A DNA stretch of 55,548 nucleotides, counting the filler, from Platydemus manokwari (taxonomy: Eukaryota): the NCBI GenBank assembly GCA_037951405.1. It is 4 parts of 4 records of this genome, joined end to end, with 100 filler letters (N's around TTAATTAATTAA, not from the genome) between each part and the next. Parts side by side here need not be neighbours in the genome. Positions count along the whole stretch, not along the records: positions 11,350 to 20,596 come from JBBMOY011277872.1; positions 20,697 to 42,969 come from JBBMOY011266984.1; 2 more parts are not named here. The stretch is one strand, 5' to 3'. This document shows, piece by piece, positions 11,350 to 23,600 of this stretch (positions are counted from its first letter, which is position 1; the number at the start of each line of letters is the position of its first letter). The notes under the pieces were generated by a model. The model saw only the letters and a program-made list of their open reading frames with translations, was not told the DNA's origin and searched no databases. The position numbers were made by a program, and so were the translations under genes.

Positions 11350-12875
11350 ATATTTTCTTATGAGTTATGCTTCTTCAAATATGTGCATGAAAATCGGACA
11401 TTTCATATGGGACAACCTAATATTTATATATTGGTAGATATTGGTAATCAATAAACATCATCTACCTATAATTAGGCCCATTATATAACCTACAATTATA
11501 TCGAAAAAATAATATAAAAATAATAAAAGAAAAAAAATTAAAATTTGTCAAATACTTTCTAAATATTTTTTATTATCATTTCTTTGTGATATTTTAAATA
11601 TATATGAAAATAATCTCTTTTTTTAGCATATTATTTGGTGTTGATAGGATATAAATTTCTACTTATTTTTTGTATCTAATGCCGATGAAGTATTCCGAAT
11701 TTATTTATTTATTTCATTATTTTGATATGTAATTCCAGTTTTTTCTGTCTTCTCTTCCTGACATATATATCAAATATCATGTGATTATCTTGTTACTATT
11801 TTTAGAAATTAAATTAAAATATTCAAAATAATAATTGATGCGATTTTATTAATCTCCAAATAGCTTCAATTTGTTTAATTCAATTTTATTACTATGTTTA
11901 TTCTATAAGATAAATTGACAAAATCTAGAATCACGAACAATTGCTTGCTTTTTATAATTCTACAATAATTATTAATAAATTATGGAATCAATCAAAGCCT
12001 CTAAAAATATTTTATCACAATATTGATATCAATGCACTAATAACGCATTGAGGATCTTTCTTAGGATGTGTGCAATAATTTAATGAATTTTAAAATTATA
12101 ATATTTTTATATTATTTTAATTTTTTTCCTATAATCCAATTTTTTATTTGAATTACTTATTAAAATTATATAAATTATTAATATTGGGTTGGTGGGTTAA
12201 TCAGTGTGGTTTTATTTGGTGCAAAGAAAACACACGAAATTCTTTTTTAACTTATCTAAGTTATAATTATTGAGCTAATTTATCTATTTAAATCATTTTA
12301 GACTAACTTTCACTTTCATTACACTCATTAGAACATCTCCTATCTAGCTTTATAATCAGTATCTTACTTTAAAATTAAACTTTATCAGCACTCTATTTGT
12401 CTTTGTCAATATAAGATATATTTTAACTTGCTTAGAATCGATAAATAAAAAAAAAGATCAGGATTTTATATATTCATCTAGATTAAAAACACTAAGTTGT
12501 AAATAACACATGTTATGTACCCTAACATCTACTCTCAATGAAACTAAACATCAGTTATCAATTAATAAAACAAATAGTAGTACCATTATTTAAACAATAA
12601 GTAAAACACTAGAAAACACAAAAATATATCTGAAACTTAAATACAAATAATTATAAAATAAAGAAATTTAATATTAGTACTATCCATTTATTGACAAGTA
12701 TAAAGTAATAACAATTGTAATGGTCATAGAAAATGGCACAAAAAATATGAATGAAGAGAAGATTAATTAAATGATCACATCAAATACAACTTCATCAATG
12801 ACAGCGACTAATGAATATGATAGTGTTGCAACTCAAAACACAATATGAAACATGATTTCTTCGTTGATTTAGATG

Positions 12876-13670
12876 TTAAAAGTAAATTATTGTATTAGAA
12901 TTATATATAGCATGAATTTCAAGACATTTCGCGCTTTTTCCGTCATAAAAAAATTTCGTTCCTTTTGTTTTTGGATTGAACACATAAAGAACCTGAGGAA
13001 TTGTTTTTGTTTTCATATTGTTTGAACAAAAATCAAATTTATCAAAAATTGCTAAAATCCCGGCATCTATAGTGCAATTACCATAAAAGTAATTGATAAA
13101 AAACCGTCTTTGACTTTTTCTGTTACCAGCAATTGAAAAAAAAACAAATTTCCTACGCAACAACCACTTAATATTCCATGGGTAGCTTTTTCGAATATTA
13201 GTTCTATTGAACCAGGATGTCAAGTTATCATTTTTTCTAACTATAAAACTTAACCACGCAACTATTGCATTGCTGTGATCTCTAATCGTTACATTCATTT
13301 CTACTGGTCGTATCATTTTCCATTCATTGAGAAGAATACTTCGAAAATTCTCTGAATAATTTTTTGCTTCGTCAGACGCCTTCAAATAAGCAGCATTTCT
13401 TTGAGTATAAAACTCATACGATGAAACATTGCTCCCAGTGACAATTCGAAATAATGTTACTTCTTTCATTTGTTTTTGATAAACTTTGTTATAAGTTTCG
13501 TTTGATTTTATCGCATTTTGATATTGCGGCTCATAACACGAGTTATTCACAATTGCAAAATAATCTCTGCCTTCATTTACAGATTGGAATGCACATCCCA
13601 AATAATTTGATAAATCACCATTAGCTAAATTGTTATTATGTAAATATATAAAAATATAAAGGATAAACAT
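12876..13670 (-). CDS. Intronless putative secreted glycoprotein, 264 aa, uncharacterised
   Basis: An uninterrupted 264-codon ORF is unlikely by chance at this AT content. It has a hydrophobic N-terminus and many N-x-S/T sequons. The pattern LFR..TG / SWF / FSIAG..RRFFINYFYGNC..DAG is one I recall from uncharacterised invertebrate extracellular proteins. Confidence 0.75.
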   Translation of the reverse strand: MFILYIFIYLHNNNLANGDLSNYLGCAFQSVNEGRDYFAIVNNSCYEPQYQNAIKSNETYNKVYQKQMKEVTLFRIVTGSNVSSYEFYTQRNAAYLKASDEAKNYSENFRSILLNEWKMIRPVEMNVTIRDHSNAIVAWLSFIVRKNDNLTSWFNRTNIRKSYPWNIKWLLRRKFVFFSIAGNRKSQRRFFINYFYGNCTIDAGILAIFDKFDFCSNNMKTKTIPQVLYVFNPKTKGTKFFYDGKSAKCLEIHAIYNSNTIIYF

Positions 13671-16600
13671 TTTAATTGCAAAATGAATGCCACGTAAGAA
13701 AAGATATTTTTATATGAAATATTTGGTAACCATTGGCATCGTCACCTGATTCTATATTTGGTTCATAGAGAATAACATGATGTTTGTATGACTATTTGAC
13801 TTTTCCTGAAAAGCTACAAGTATTATTCTGAAACGAATTTCACTAATAATTATTAAGATGTTTAATTTTCCAATATATTTTGTCTGGTTATTCTAAAATA
13901 TTAAATCGATGAGTCAAATATGTTAGACGATTGAAATTTGATTAAAATTTTTGAGAACAATTTATTTTCTTACATTTTTTAGTCCTCAGATAAAGAAGGA
14001 AAAATCATTTAATATTTTTAGTTATAAACATTTTTACAATTATTATAAATTACTATGGTAAAATATTGAAATGGAATTATACAGTATTTGTAATAATGTG
14101 CTTTCATGTCTTAATAATGTTTGTAGCAGCGTAATAATTTTTGAAATAATTTATTTCAGTATACATTTCAGCAAATGTCCATAAACGAAAAATTAGAATA
14201 AAATCTTTTGTTGCCATGATAACAATAAAAATTTCTATATTGTAGCAAAAGTAAAGCTATATATTGGCCTGTGGTTAGTGTGTGTAACGCAACATCACGT
14301 TTATTTATTAACGATTGTTGATAACAAAATTGTTATATAGTAACTTTCTAACACACCTATTCAACGATATTTTTTTATTTTTAGTTCATTTTCATTTTCA
14401 TCCACATTAATGAGAAAATCTATATTTAATATATTTAGTCAGTAAAAATTCACATGTTCTGGATAAACCTTCTAACAATGCGTCTATTGTTGTTAATTTT
14501 ATGCTTACCATCAATTATTGTATAGAATAGTTAGAAATTTTTTTTCCTGTGGAATTAGAATACCCACAAATAAGGTCTCAATAAAGAACATATTTTTTGT
14601 TTAGAACTAAATAAAATCCAAATATTGTTTATTTTTGTAAATTATTTTAACACTAATTTTATCTTTGAAACAGTTCTTTTATTGAATACAATAATTTATA
14701 TTTTATTGTTACTTCTTATTTGAGATATTTCTTTTTTCATACGAGTGTTTTAAATAGTTAATTATTAATATCTCAGTTACATGGTTTAAATATTATTCTG
14801 TATGATGAATGAAAATCGAATTGAAAAAAAAGCAGAAGAAGCGCTTCGTAAACTGAATAACAATTATTACATTCAATTTGTAACAACTTGTTCATAAATT
14901 CCTTTAGCTGTTTAAAATAAGAAAATGTGAAGTTCGAACCGCGGACTGGTGATTTTGTTACATAAATACTAAAAAAGACATCAGAGATTTTTAAGACAAA
15001 TAAACTATACAAACCTTGTTGCAGTAGTAAATGTAAATTGAAATTAAGAATTAATAGAAAAAGCGAAGACCTATTAGAGAAAGATATGACACTCCAAAAT
15101 AAAGTATGTATAGGATATTGAGCAATTGGGAAAATTGATAATTTAGAAAATCGTCCAAATACTGAACGTGTGTTGCTCAAACTATGCTCAAAAATGCTAG
15201 TGTATTGATTTGGTTTTTCTTATTTCTTTGCAAGTTTATAATGTCAAAAAAAATCTTAAAGTTCTTGATTTTCCATGAGTTTCAAAATGCATAAATATAT
15301 ACTTTCATATATTACCAGTTATTCAATATATTGTTGGAATATGTCTTATTATCTAGAAACTGATATTAGTTTAGATTTTTCAAATATAGATCTCATTGAA
15401 TCGCTAAATGAAGAATTTTACTGGGAATAAAATTACCACATATAATAAATAACTTTTTATTCATATTGTGTAATCGTGATGTCATGTTCCAAATAAATAT
15501 TACAAGTAGAACACAAAACTAGATATTTATAGAGTGTCTATAAAAAATAAACTTAATAAAAATTATTTACATGTGAGAATGAATTGTAAAAGTTTTATTT
15601 ATTATGAAGTTAATTCCTATTTAACTTTCAGGTTCAGTTTAAATATTGTAATCAATTATGAAAGTAACTTTCTTTGATGAATTCATTTTAGAACATCTCA
15701 CATTGACATATCATGTTACTCTTATTCATTGTCGTTTCATCAAAGAATAGAAAATACGCATAATTAAGCGTGATGATTTATTTTAAAATTTTACAGCTCG
15801 ACAATTGTTATAGACATGAATTGACCAATCGATGATGAAATAATGTCAAGTCGAAAATGTGTTCTACTTTACTAATTAATAATAATTTGCCTTTAAACAT
15901 TATATTCTGATGAGTCTGAGTAATTTTTAAAGCACACAGATTGCCAGAGTCCTTAAATCATTATTAATTGTATGTTTCCTGGAAAGTATCGAAGTTATTA
16001 ATTTCGCGATGACAATAAATAACAATGGTAATTTCTAAAAATGAGTAATTACAATTGGATTTTAGCGTTCCATTTTATTGCTGGGAAATATACAAAAACG
16101 TTTAGGTAAAGTCAGAATATTTCTCTATTATCAGTCTCTAGCTATTCTCAAACAACATTTATTTCCTTAAAATTAGTTGGTGAACTATAATGCTATGAAA
16201 GTGAGAATATTTATCGTTTATCAGTGAGTGAATAAAGAGGTCGATTAAAAATTATTAAATTTGTTTTCATTAAATTTAATATTTTATTAATTGGTTGCTA
16301 CTGACAACAATATTAATCAAATATTGATGATGATCTGACTCCAGATAATTCGAATGAAATGTAGGAAATATTGAAATAACTTTAAATGAATTGAAAAACT
16401 TTACATCCTACTTGAAATTCATATAAATGTCATGCTCTGAGTATCATTTTATTGATTTTCTCATTGATAACATTTTTTATGAAGAAAAAACATTGAAAAA
16501 TTTAATACAAAACCTTTTATCGATAATTTAAAATTTAAATATTAGTTTGAATGCTGATTCCTTGGTGTTATGATTTTATGCATATACAAGCTATTGATTT

Positions 16601-17559
16601 TCCTGTAATACCACACATACATTGATTATTTGAAGAATGAAAACCATTTAATAGATTTCAGAATTCTCTCTTACTGTTGCTATGAAAACTGAAACCCAGC
16701 AGATATAGTATTAACGTATCTCTGTCATCGGTATGATGCTGGTCCGAAGCAACATTTATTTAGTCAGGTTTTACATAGAATTGCCATTACTGGAAAATGC
16801 ATATGAATTAATGAACATATCGTTACGATTTTTGCGCTGTATTTATTATTTCTATCTATTTTTAGTTTTATTTTTGTTTTGATTAATAATATTATAAGCA
16901 TTTGAATAAATTGGTGTTTATATTTTAATAAAAGTACATCATCATCTTTAAAATTACATATAAACCAATTTTTGACTTTAAAATTTAATGTACAAAAAGT
17001 TAACCAGTATTCTAATAAGTGTTTGCACTATCTATAATTAATAACCTATTAAAAGTTACATTGAAATTTCCTAAAGTTTTCAAGTTTTAATGTAGATTTA
17101 ACTTTATTTATTTCAGTTACCCTATGTTTTTAATAGATTTTAAAGGCAAAATTGTTAACATTTATCAGAATAATTATTAATAACCCGAATTTTCATCAAT
17201 TATTTGCTTTCCATAAGTATCATCAAGACAATCGATGAATATGTCTTAGCGTTGTGTTATGGAACATATTAATGATGATATAAGTTAAATATAAAATCAT
17301 CACAAATGAAATCAAAAGTACTTCGTGTATTTGAAAGATTTTCACACAAAGAATAATTCTTAATCGATTTTCAATTGTGATAAGCAATATTCATATGCAA
17401 TACCATTTCTTTATGTTCATCCAAATTATGATAAAGTGAAACGAGTACATTAATAATTATTCTGTTTCAGTATTTGTTATCGTTATGAGTTTTATATAAT
17501 TTTAAATAAGGTTGTAAATAAAACTTACGATTTTAACTTCGTTCAAAGTTTGTTATTCT

Positions 17560-17950
17560 TTTTATAGTTGTTTTTATATTTTTGTTCTATTTTTTCAATT
17601 TTTCTGGTTATTATTTTACCTTTTGTTGTAATTTCCTTCATCTATAATTTTCCAATGCCACTTCATATCTTTTTTAATCTTAATTTTTTTATTAAGACTC
17701 TATTTTCCCTTCTGAATTCGCGTTTATTTTGTGTTCTTTTACCATTATTTTATTTTTCTCAATTTCATTATTATTTTCTAATAAATACTTTAAAATGTAA
17801 TCGGTTTATCCTTTTTCTAAACATGATTTTTGTTGAAGTGACCTTGATGGTGTTTTGCATTGTTTCATTTAATATGCATTTCATCTCTGGTAACATTACC
17901 GCCAAGTTTGCATTTTGTCAGTCCTTTCTTGTTGCTTTTATATATTATTA
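17560..17950 (-). mobile_element. Decayed Ty3/gypsy integrase C-terminal fragment
   Basis: Minus-strand NANLAVMLPEMKCILNETMQNTIKVTSTKIMFRKRINR aligns with HTNWVLILPGIEYTLNGIAENTIDVSPAEVIFRMKIDI of the element at 2163-2411. Confidence 0.65.
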
Positions 17951-18169
17951 TAAACTATATATCAGTATATTAATAAATTATATATCGGTATGAGTATATG
18001 ATGTTTATTGATTATCACTCACTACCAATAAATAAATAAATGCTAGGTTGGCTAACACTTAACAATTTCTGGAATTTTAGCAGCTTAGCCAGACTTATGG
18101 TAAATATATCTGCTTGAAAATATTTTTTCTTATATTATTAAAATTATCTAATTACCTTCCATTATAATA

Positions 18170-18360
18170 TTTTCCCAAAGATTATTATTTGTTTTATTGA
18201 TCTATCTTGCAAATCATTTACAAAATAATAAACATCATGTTGCATTGCTATTGGATCTATTCTATTTACAGGTTGATGATTTTCTTTTGGTATGGGTGGT
18301 ATATCTAATTTTCCAGTTTCATTATAATTATTAACAATTTCAACGTAATTTGCTGTGTTC
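18170..18360 (-). pseudogene. Parvovirus/adintovirus-type phospholipase A2 domain remnant
   Basis: Minus-strand translation ETGKLDIPPIPKENHQPVNRIDPIAMQHDVYY contains the PxNxxDxxAxxHDxxY motif (18225-18272). Confidence 0.7.
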
Positions 18361-18859
18361 TTGTGTATTTTTTTGACAAATTCTATTATCTTTCAATTAA
18401 AGTATGGACGATATTTTAAGCAATTATTAGAAATGATTAAACTCTTCAGAATCATCGACCTTTAGTCTCTGAACAGTTTCAGTATAATTATCAAAACAAA
18501 ATTAGGGAACTTGTTTTGAATTGTTCATTCATTTCTCATAGTTTTAACTAGAAACCATTCATTAGATAATTGTGTGGTTTTTAAAATAGTAGCGGCTAAC
18601 AATCTTTATTAAATTTAATTTTATTTATAGTTTTGTTTTTTATATATTTTTTTACGAATAAATCATAAATCTCAAATACGTCTTCAATTATTACAATTTT
18701 TATATTTATTGTTAAAAAAATTAAAAACTCATTTTCTAGAGGGCTGCGCAATAATTCAGAATATATTGCAAAAATTAAGAAATTCTAATATCAAATTTTG
18801 ATAAAAATAAATCCCATATAAAATATAAGAATATAAGTGTTGTTTGCCAAAATATCTCT

Positions 18860-20168
18860 ATTCTCGAGATTGAAACCAGAACACTTTTTAAAGAAAAAAT
18901 ATATTATTTCTCGATTTTATTTTTGTCTTTATCTGTTAAAAACCATCAATCACTATAAATTCCAAGAGATTACTCTTTGATGGTCTATTAGGAAAAAAAT
19001 TACCAATAAATAAATTTATTTCATATGGTTTATCTAATTCTTTAAGTAATTTACCATTAAGTAAATACAATACTTTCTGTTATCATAATTTATTTTATTA
19101 AATTCATAATAATCTGGGTTTTGTAGTCATTAAACCCCATTGCTATCTCAAATAAGGAAAAGAACAATTATCAATACATACATACTCTGTTCCATGATTA
19201 TTATCCAAGAATACAATTTTGTCTCTTGTTCCAATACAACTTCCTTTTCCTTCAACATATTGAACAAGAAATATAAAATTAAATCTCCCATTTATTATTC
19301 CAAAAAGCGTAATAGGAAATTTACATTCATAAGTACAAACATTATAAACTCCAATGTTATTCTTTTTACTATTATGAAATTCCTTAAAACTATACCATGA
19401 AATTAAAGGTTTTTCCTCAGTCAATGAAATATATTTTCCCAAATTTCTTGGCAACTTGAGGTTAAAATTAGTCTTCATTTCAAAGATTCTATAGGAATTT
19501 TATAATTTAAATCCATTTCTTTATTTTCATATTTTTCTCTTCATTCGATTTTTTTAGATCATTAATAGATTCTTTTAATTTTTTATTATCTTTAGTATTT
19601 TTAAGGAGATAATTCCATTTTTTTCTAATTTCCCTCAGTCAGAACAAGTAATTTTTTCATCATTATCTCTATAAATTCTGCTTCTGTTTTTTCCTTTTAA
19701 GAATTTCAAACTTTTAAACTTTTCCGAGATTAATTTTATTTCTTTCTCATTTATTTTTTTATTATCATTTACCAATGTAATTAACGATTTACATAAAGAG
19801 TCAAGTTTATCAATACTTTGTTTTCTTTCATTAAATCAGATCTAGCATTTGACATATAAGTAGAAATCTTCAAGATTTTATTAGTTTCACCGATTTCTTT
19901 TTCGGAATTCTTTCTAATTTTATCAATTTCAAACCTTAATTCACCCCTAATTTTTTCAAAATATTTTTTTATTAACAGCTTCTGTTTCATTTTCAGGATC
20001 ACTCAAGTTTGTTATTCTATCATTGTTTAACTCTAAATTACCCTTCATACTATCATCCTCCTTATTAATATATTTTTTATCATAGGTTCTTTCTCTAGCA
20101 TTAACCATTTCTTGAATATCTCTTATATTGTTAACTGAACTATTATCAAACTTGTGAGTCATAGACAT
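18860..20168 (-). pseudogene. Fibre/spike-like protein: anchor motif, coiled coil and ConA/LamG-like head (fragmented)
   Basis: ORF fragments 19956-20168 (KYINKEDDSMKGNLELNNDRITNLSDPENETEAVNKK), 19781-20002 (heptad-rich) and 19143-19478, continuing as YLLNGKL..LFIGN..LLEFIVIDG. Treating these as one ancestral gene is an inference. Confidence 0.55.
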
Positions 20169-20573
20169 TTTTTAGTTTAAAATTTTTATTATTGATAATG
20201 TCATCAAATTTTAATCCTTTATTTAAACAATCCAAAACATACATTGATAATTGTCCACATAATTATCCTTCAGATTGTATATGCATTTTATTATAGGTTA
20301 ATTTGTCTTTATCAAAAAAATTATAAACCACTTTAGTTGGTAAAATCCCACTACGATCAAAATAAGTATTATGAAGTTTACTGATTAAAACCCAGTGTGA
20401 GCCCTTACGTTTTGTAGTTTCTAAATTCATAATGATATATACCTTGTAGTATTTATTAACTCATCTCCCATTAGAAGTTTTACATCTAAATTTAAATCAT
20501 CAGCAATATCCTTTAAATTAAAATTAGTTGTTTTATTAATTCCATATTTAGCTAGAAAATTTATCAAGTCCAT
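20148..20573 (-). pseudogene. Adenain-like (adenoviral-type) cysteine maturation protease
   Basis: Translation: MDLINFLAKYG.../YIIMNLETTKRKGSHWVLI...TYFDRSGILP...HIQSEG*LCGQLSMYVL. This matches the adenain pattern IxN..GxHW..YFDSxG..Q...CG (His-Trp at 20392-20397, Cys-Gly at 20254-20259). There is one frameshift at ~20440 and one stop at 20263-20265. Confidence 0.85.
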
Positions 20574-20596
20574 TTTTTAACATTAAATAATAAGGT

Positions 20597-20696
20597 NNNN
20601 NNNNNNNNNNNNNNNNNNNNNNNNNNNNNNNNNNNNNNNNTTAATTAATTAANNNNNNNNNNNNNNNNNNNNNNNNNNNNNNNNNNNNNNNNNNNN
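20597..20696. other. Artificial scaffold linker N44-TTAATTAATTAA-N44
   Basis: Same structure as 11250-11349. Confidence 0.97.
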
Positions 20697-23600
20697 AAGT
20701 TCATTTTAAAGCGAGTTATAGTATTTTAAAGTATACGTTTACAAACGGCCATTATTTTCCCAACAACCTAATACAATAAGGGTGAGACAAAGTTACGTTT
20801 TTGTTAACGTCCATTACCATTTAAAGATTTCAGAAAAAATTTACTCCACCTAAATTCCATATTATAAAGTTATCTTTAACAATGTTTCGAAAATGTTTTA
20901 TTAACAAAACAAGCTTTGAGATTAATTAATCATTAAATTCTATTTAATGAAAATATTCTAAATTTGTTACAGTTGTGTCAGCTATTTCTTGATCAAAGAA
21001 TAATCAAAGGTAGAAGATACAGGCTAAATGGTAAATTTAGTTTCAATGCCCATTACATTCTCAATGAAATTTTCTTTAATGATCAAAAGCGTTGTTTAGA
21101 AATATCCAGGTATAGTTATAGTTTTACAGATTTTACATGATAAGATACAATAATATCAAATAAACTATCATTTATCGTTAATTTACTTAAATCTTTTAAT
21201 TGTATTGATCAGAGTGAAGATCATTTCATAAATTCAACTGAGCATTCTTTAGATTGGTTTTTAAAATTTTTTAGGTCTTGTTTGAATCCTCACACTTATA
21301 AATAAAAGTGAATTCTTGTTCAAAAGCGATTAAACATTAAAAGGTATTTTCATGAAATCATAGGATTTCGTTGAGGTACCTATCATTTTTAATTGGAAAA
21401 TATATTATTTCGTGTCACTGTGTTTGTCTATCTTGTCTTGCTTTGCATCCTCTAATTATTTGTTTAAGTATTATAACTAAATTAATCATCGATATTACAA
21501 ACCGAAAATTAAATTTAATCAAAAATATCTGGTTGAGACTTTTTACATAACGGGTCTTTATATAAGTTTAATTTTTAGAATGCGAAATATAGAAACGTAT
21601 ATACCAAAATACCAGCCCAAATTTCTTGTTGGTGTTTAAGGAATATAATCAAAAAGCATACACAACTACTGTTAATTCTCATCATTTCTGGGATTTCGAT
21701 ATAGGCAATTAATATTTAAATGTTTTGTGTTCACATTCACCTAGTCTCTAGACGTCACGAGAGTCATTAGATCATCGGCATGTAATAATGTTCTGTCTAC
21801 CAGCTCTTGGTTCAGTTTGGAGGACAATCAACTAATTAAATAATTAACTAAGGTACCAATTTTGTAAATGCAAAGTTGTTTTTGATAAAAATCAATACTG
21901 AATAATATGTGTATTGAAATTTTGTGTAAGGAATTCTAAATAGGACTCACCTAGCTTCTATCTCACATAGTTGAAGGTCAGAGCTATTTGTTTTTATTAT
22001 TTCATATCAATCCATGGAATAAATCTAATCTATGACTGTAAGAAAAATTGCGTTTAAAATTCTAATGGAGAATCAATGTGTAATTTATTTATTTTTCATT
22101 GAATTCTTAAATTTTATAATTTTGCTATGAACAGTTAGCCTCCATTAAGAATAATGAATAGATTTCGATCAATAATATTTATGAATCTTCAATAATTAAG
22201 CGCTCTACGAAACGAATGTAAATAGTTGAATTTATACTAAAAGTGAATTTTATACAATTCTTTAGGATTTAATTAATAAAGAAATTAACAAAATAAACAC
22301 AAATAAATAAATAAAATTAAAAGATCAATGAATTTGCCTTATTAAATAAAAACCAGTGACATTACGTAGTAACATTAAGAAAACGGTGAAAAGTAAAGAT
22401 CCGTAGAGAGTATTGACACCCTACACTAAAAACTAGCGTTACGCCAATAGTCACGTATATACTTAAAACTCATAATTTCCGCATGTCTTGCTTTCCTAAT
22501 TACCTTATTTTTTATTTTATAATTTCTTGACATTACTTCAATAATATTCAAGTTTACAACAATCGAGTAATTATTTTATTATATTTAGTATCAGAAACAT
22601 TTATTGTATATATTAATATTTTTTAAATAACGTATCTTTTATGTCTGAAGTTTTTTTAAAATTCTTATTTCATAGAAAGGATTTATTGAGTGAAAAACCT
22701 ATATTTGATATACAACAAAAGGTAAAGCAGATAATTGTTTGAAAATTAAAGATATTTTGAATTCCAGTTGTTGTGGATAATGTCTCGTAGATATAAGATT
22801 ATTATCAATCCTATAGAGAAAAAAGTATTTCATGTAAAAGTAATAAAGCTTTTCTTGTTAACGATAATATTTAGAAGAAACGGTACGTTTCTCCTCAACT
22901 ATTACGTTATACATCTGTTCAATCTCATTGATTTATTAAAATTGGACGATATCTCTTTTAATATTTAGTTTTGGTTATGGTTTGTTATTATTTTTTGTTT
23001 GAATTGTGATATTATTTTGTGCTCTTATTAAATGATGTTGCAATGTTTGTCAATATTTGTAAATAGATTGTTATGAAATAAAAAGAAAGTTTAAAAGAAA
23101 TTATTATTTTTTATTTGTAATATAATGCTCTTACTTTAAAATATCTTAGACTATTATTTTATAAATGAAAATATATTAACATAGTTATTTAGTTACATCG
23201 GGTGGTTATTAAACTCATGTGTGGAAACTAATTGGAAAATTATACAAGTTAGGAATATCGCTGAAAAATTTAGTGGTACGAAAATCTAAATTAATTAAAG
23301 GAAAAAAAATAATATTTGAAGGATTTGAGGAACAAATAGAATATGATATTTGAAATCAATAATAACATATGTCCCAGGGATACTGGTGGTTGTAGGTGAT
23401 ATGAGCACTGATGAAAATTAGAATTATGGATTTCGGAAACCGATAAGTAAAATGTGTCTGCCATTTATTATCTTATTCTATCTGTAACAATTACTAGTAT
23501 AGCTAAAACAAAAATCGGTGATTTTCAGAGCTTATCCAATGAAATAACGATACTTTAAAAATCTAATCACTGAAAGAATATTTTTAATTATGCATTTTTA

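Larger units (their letters stand above)
18100..20596 (-). mobile_element. Endogenous adintovirus/Polinton-like relic (virion module), truncated by an assembly gap
   Basis: Co-oriented, intronless, tightly packed pseudogenes for an adenain protease, a fibre-like protein and a PLA2-motif protein. Confidence 0.8.

Noticed and set aside
14773-15180. 135-aa ORF on - and a GTTCGAACC B-box-like motif at ~14932
   Set aside because: The ORF has a non-ATG start and no recognisable domain; there is no A-box or cloverleaf to support a tRNA.
17568-17993. 141-aa hydrophobic ORF on +, resembling a membrane protein
   Set aside because: It is the antisense shadow of an A-rich gypsy integrase relic.
23405-23460. 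CTGATGA...GAAAC hammerhead-like core
   Set aside because: Stem II is imperfect and no stem I or III pairing can be drawn.
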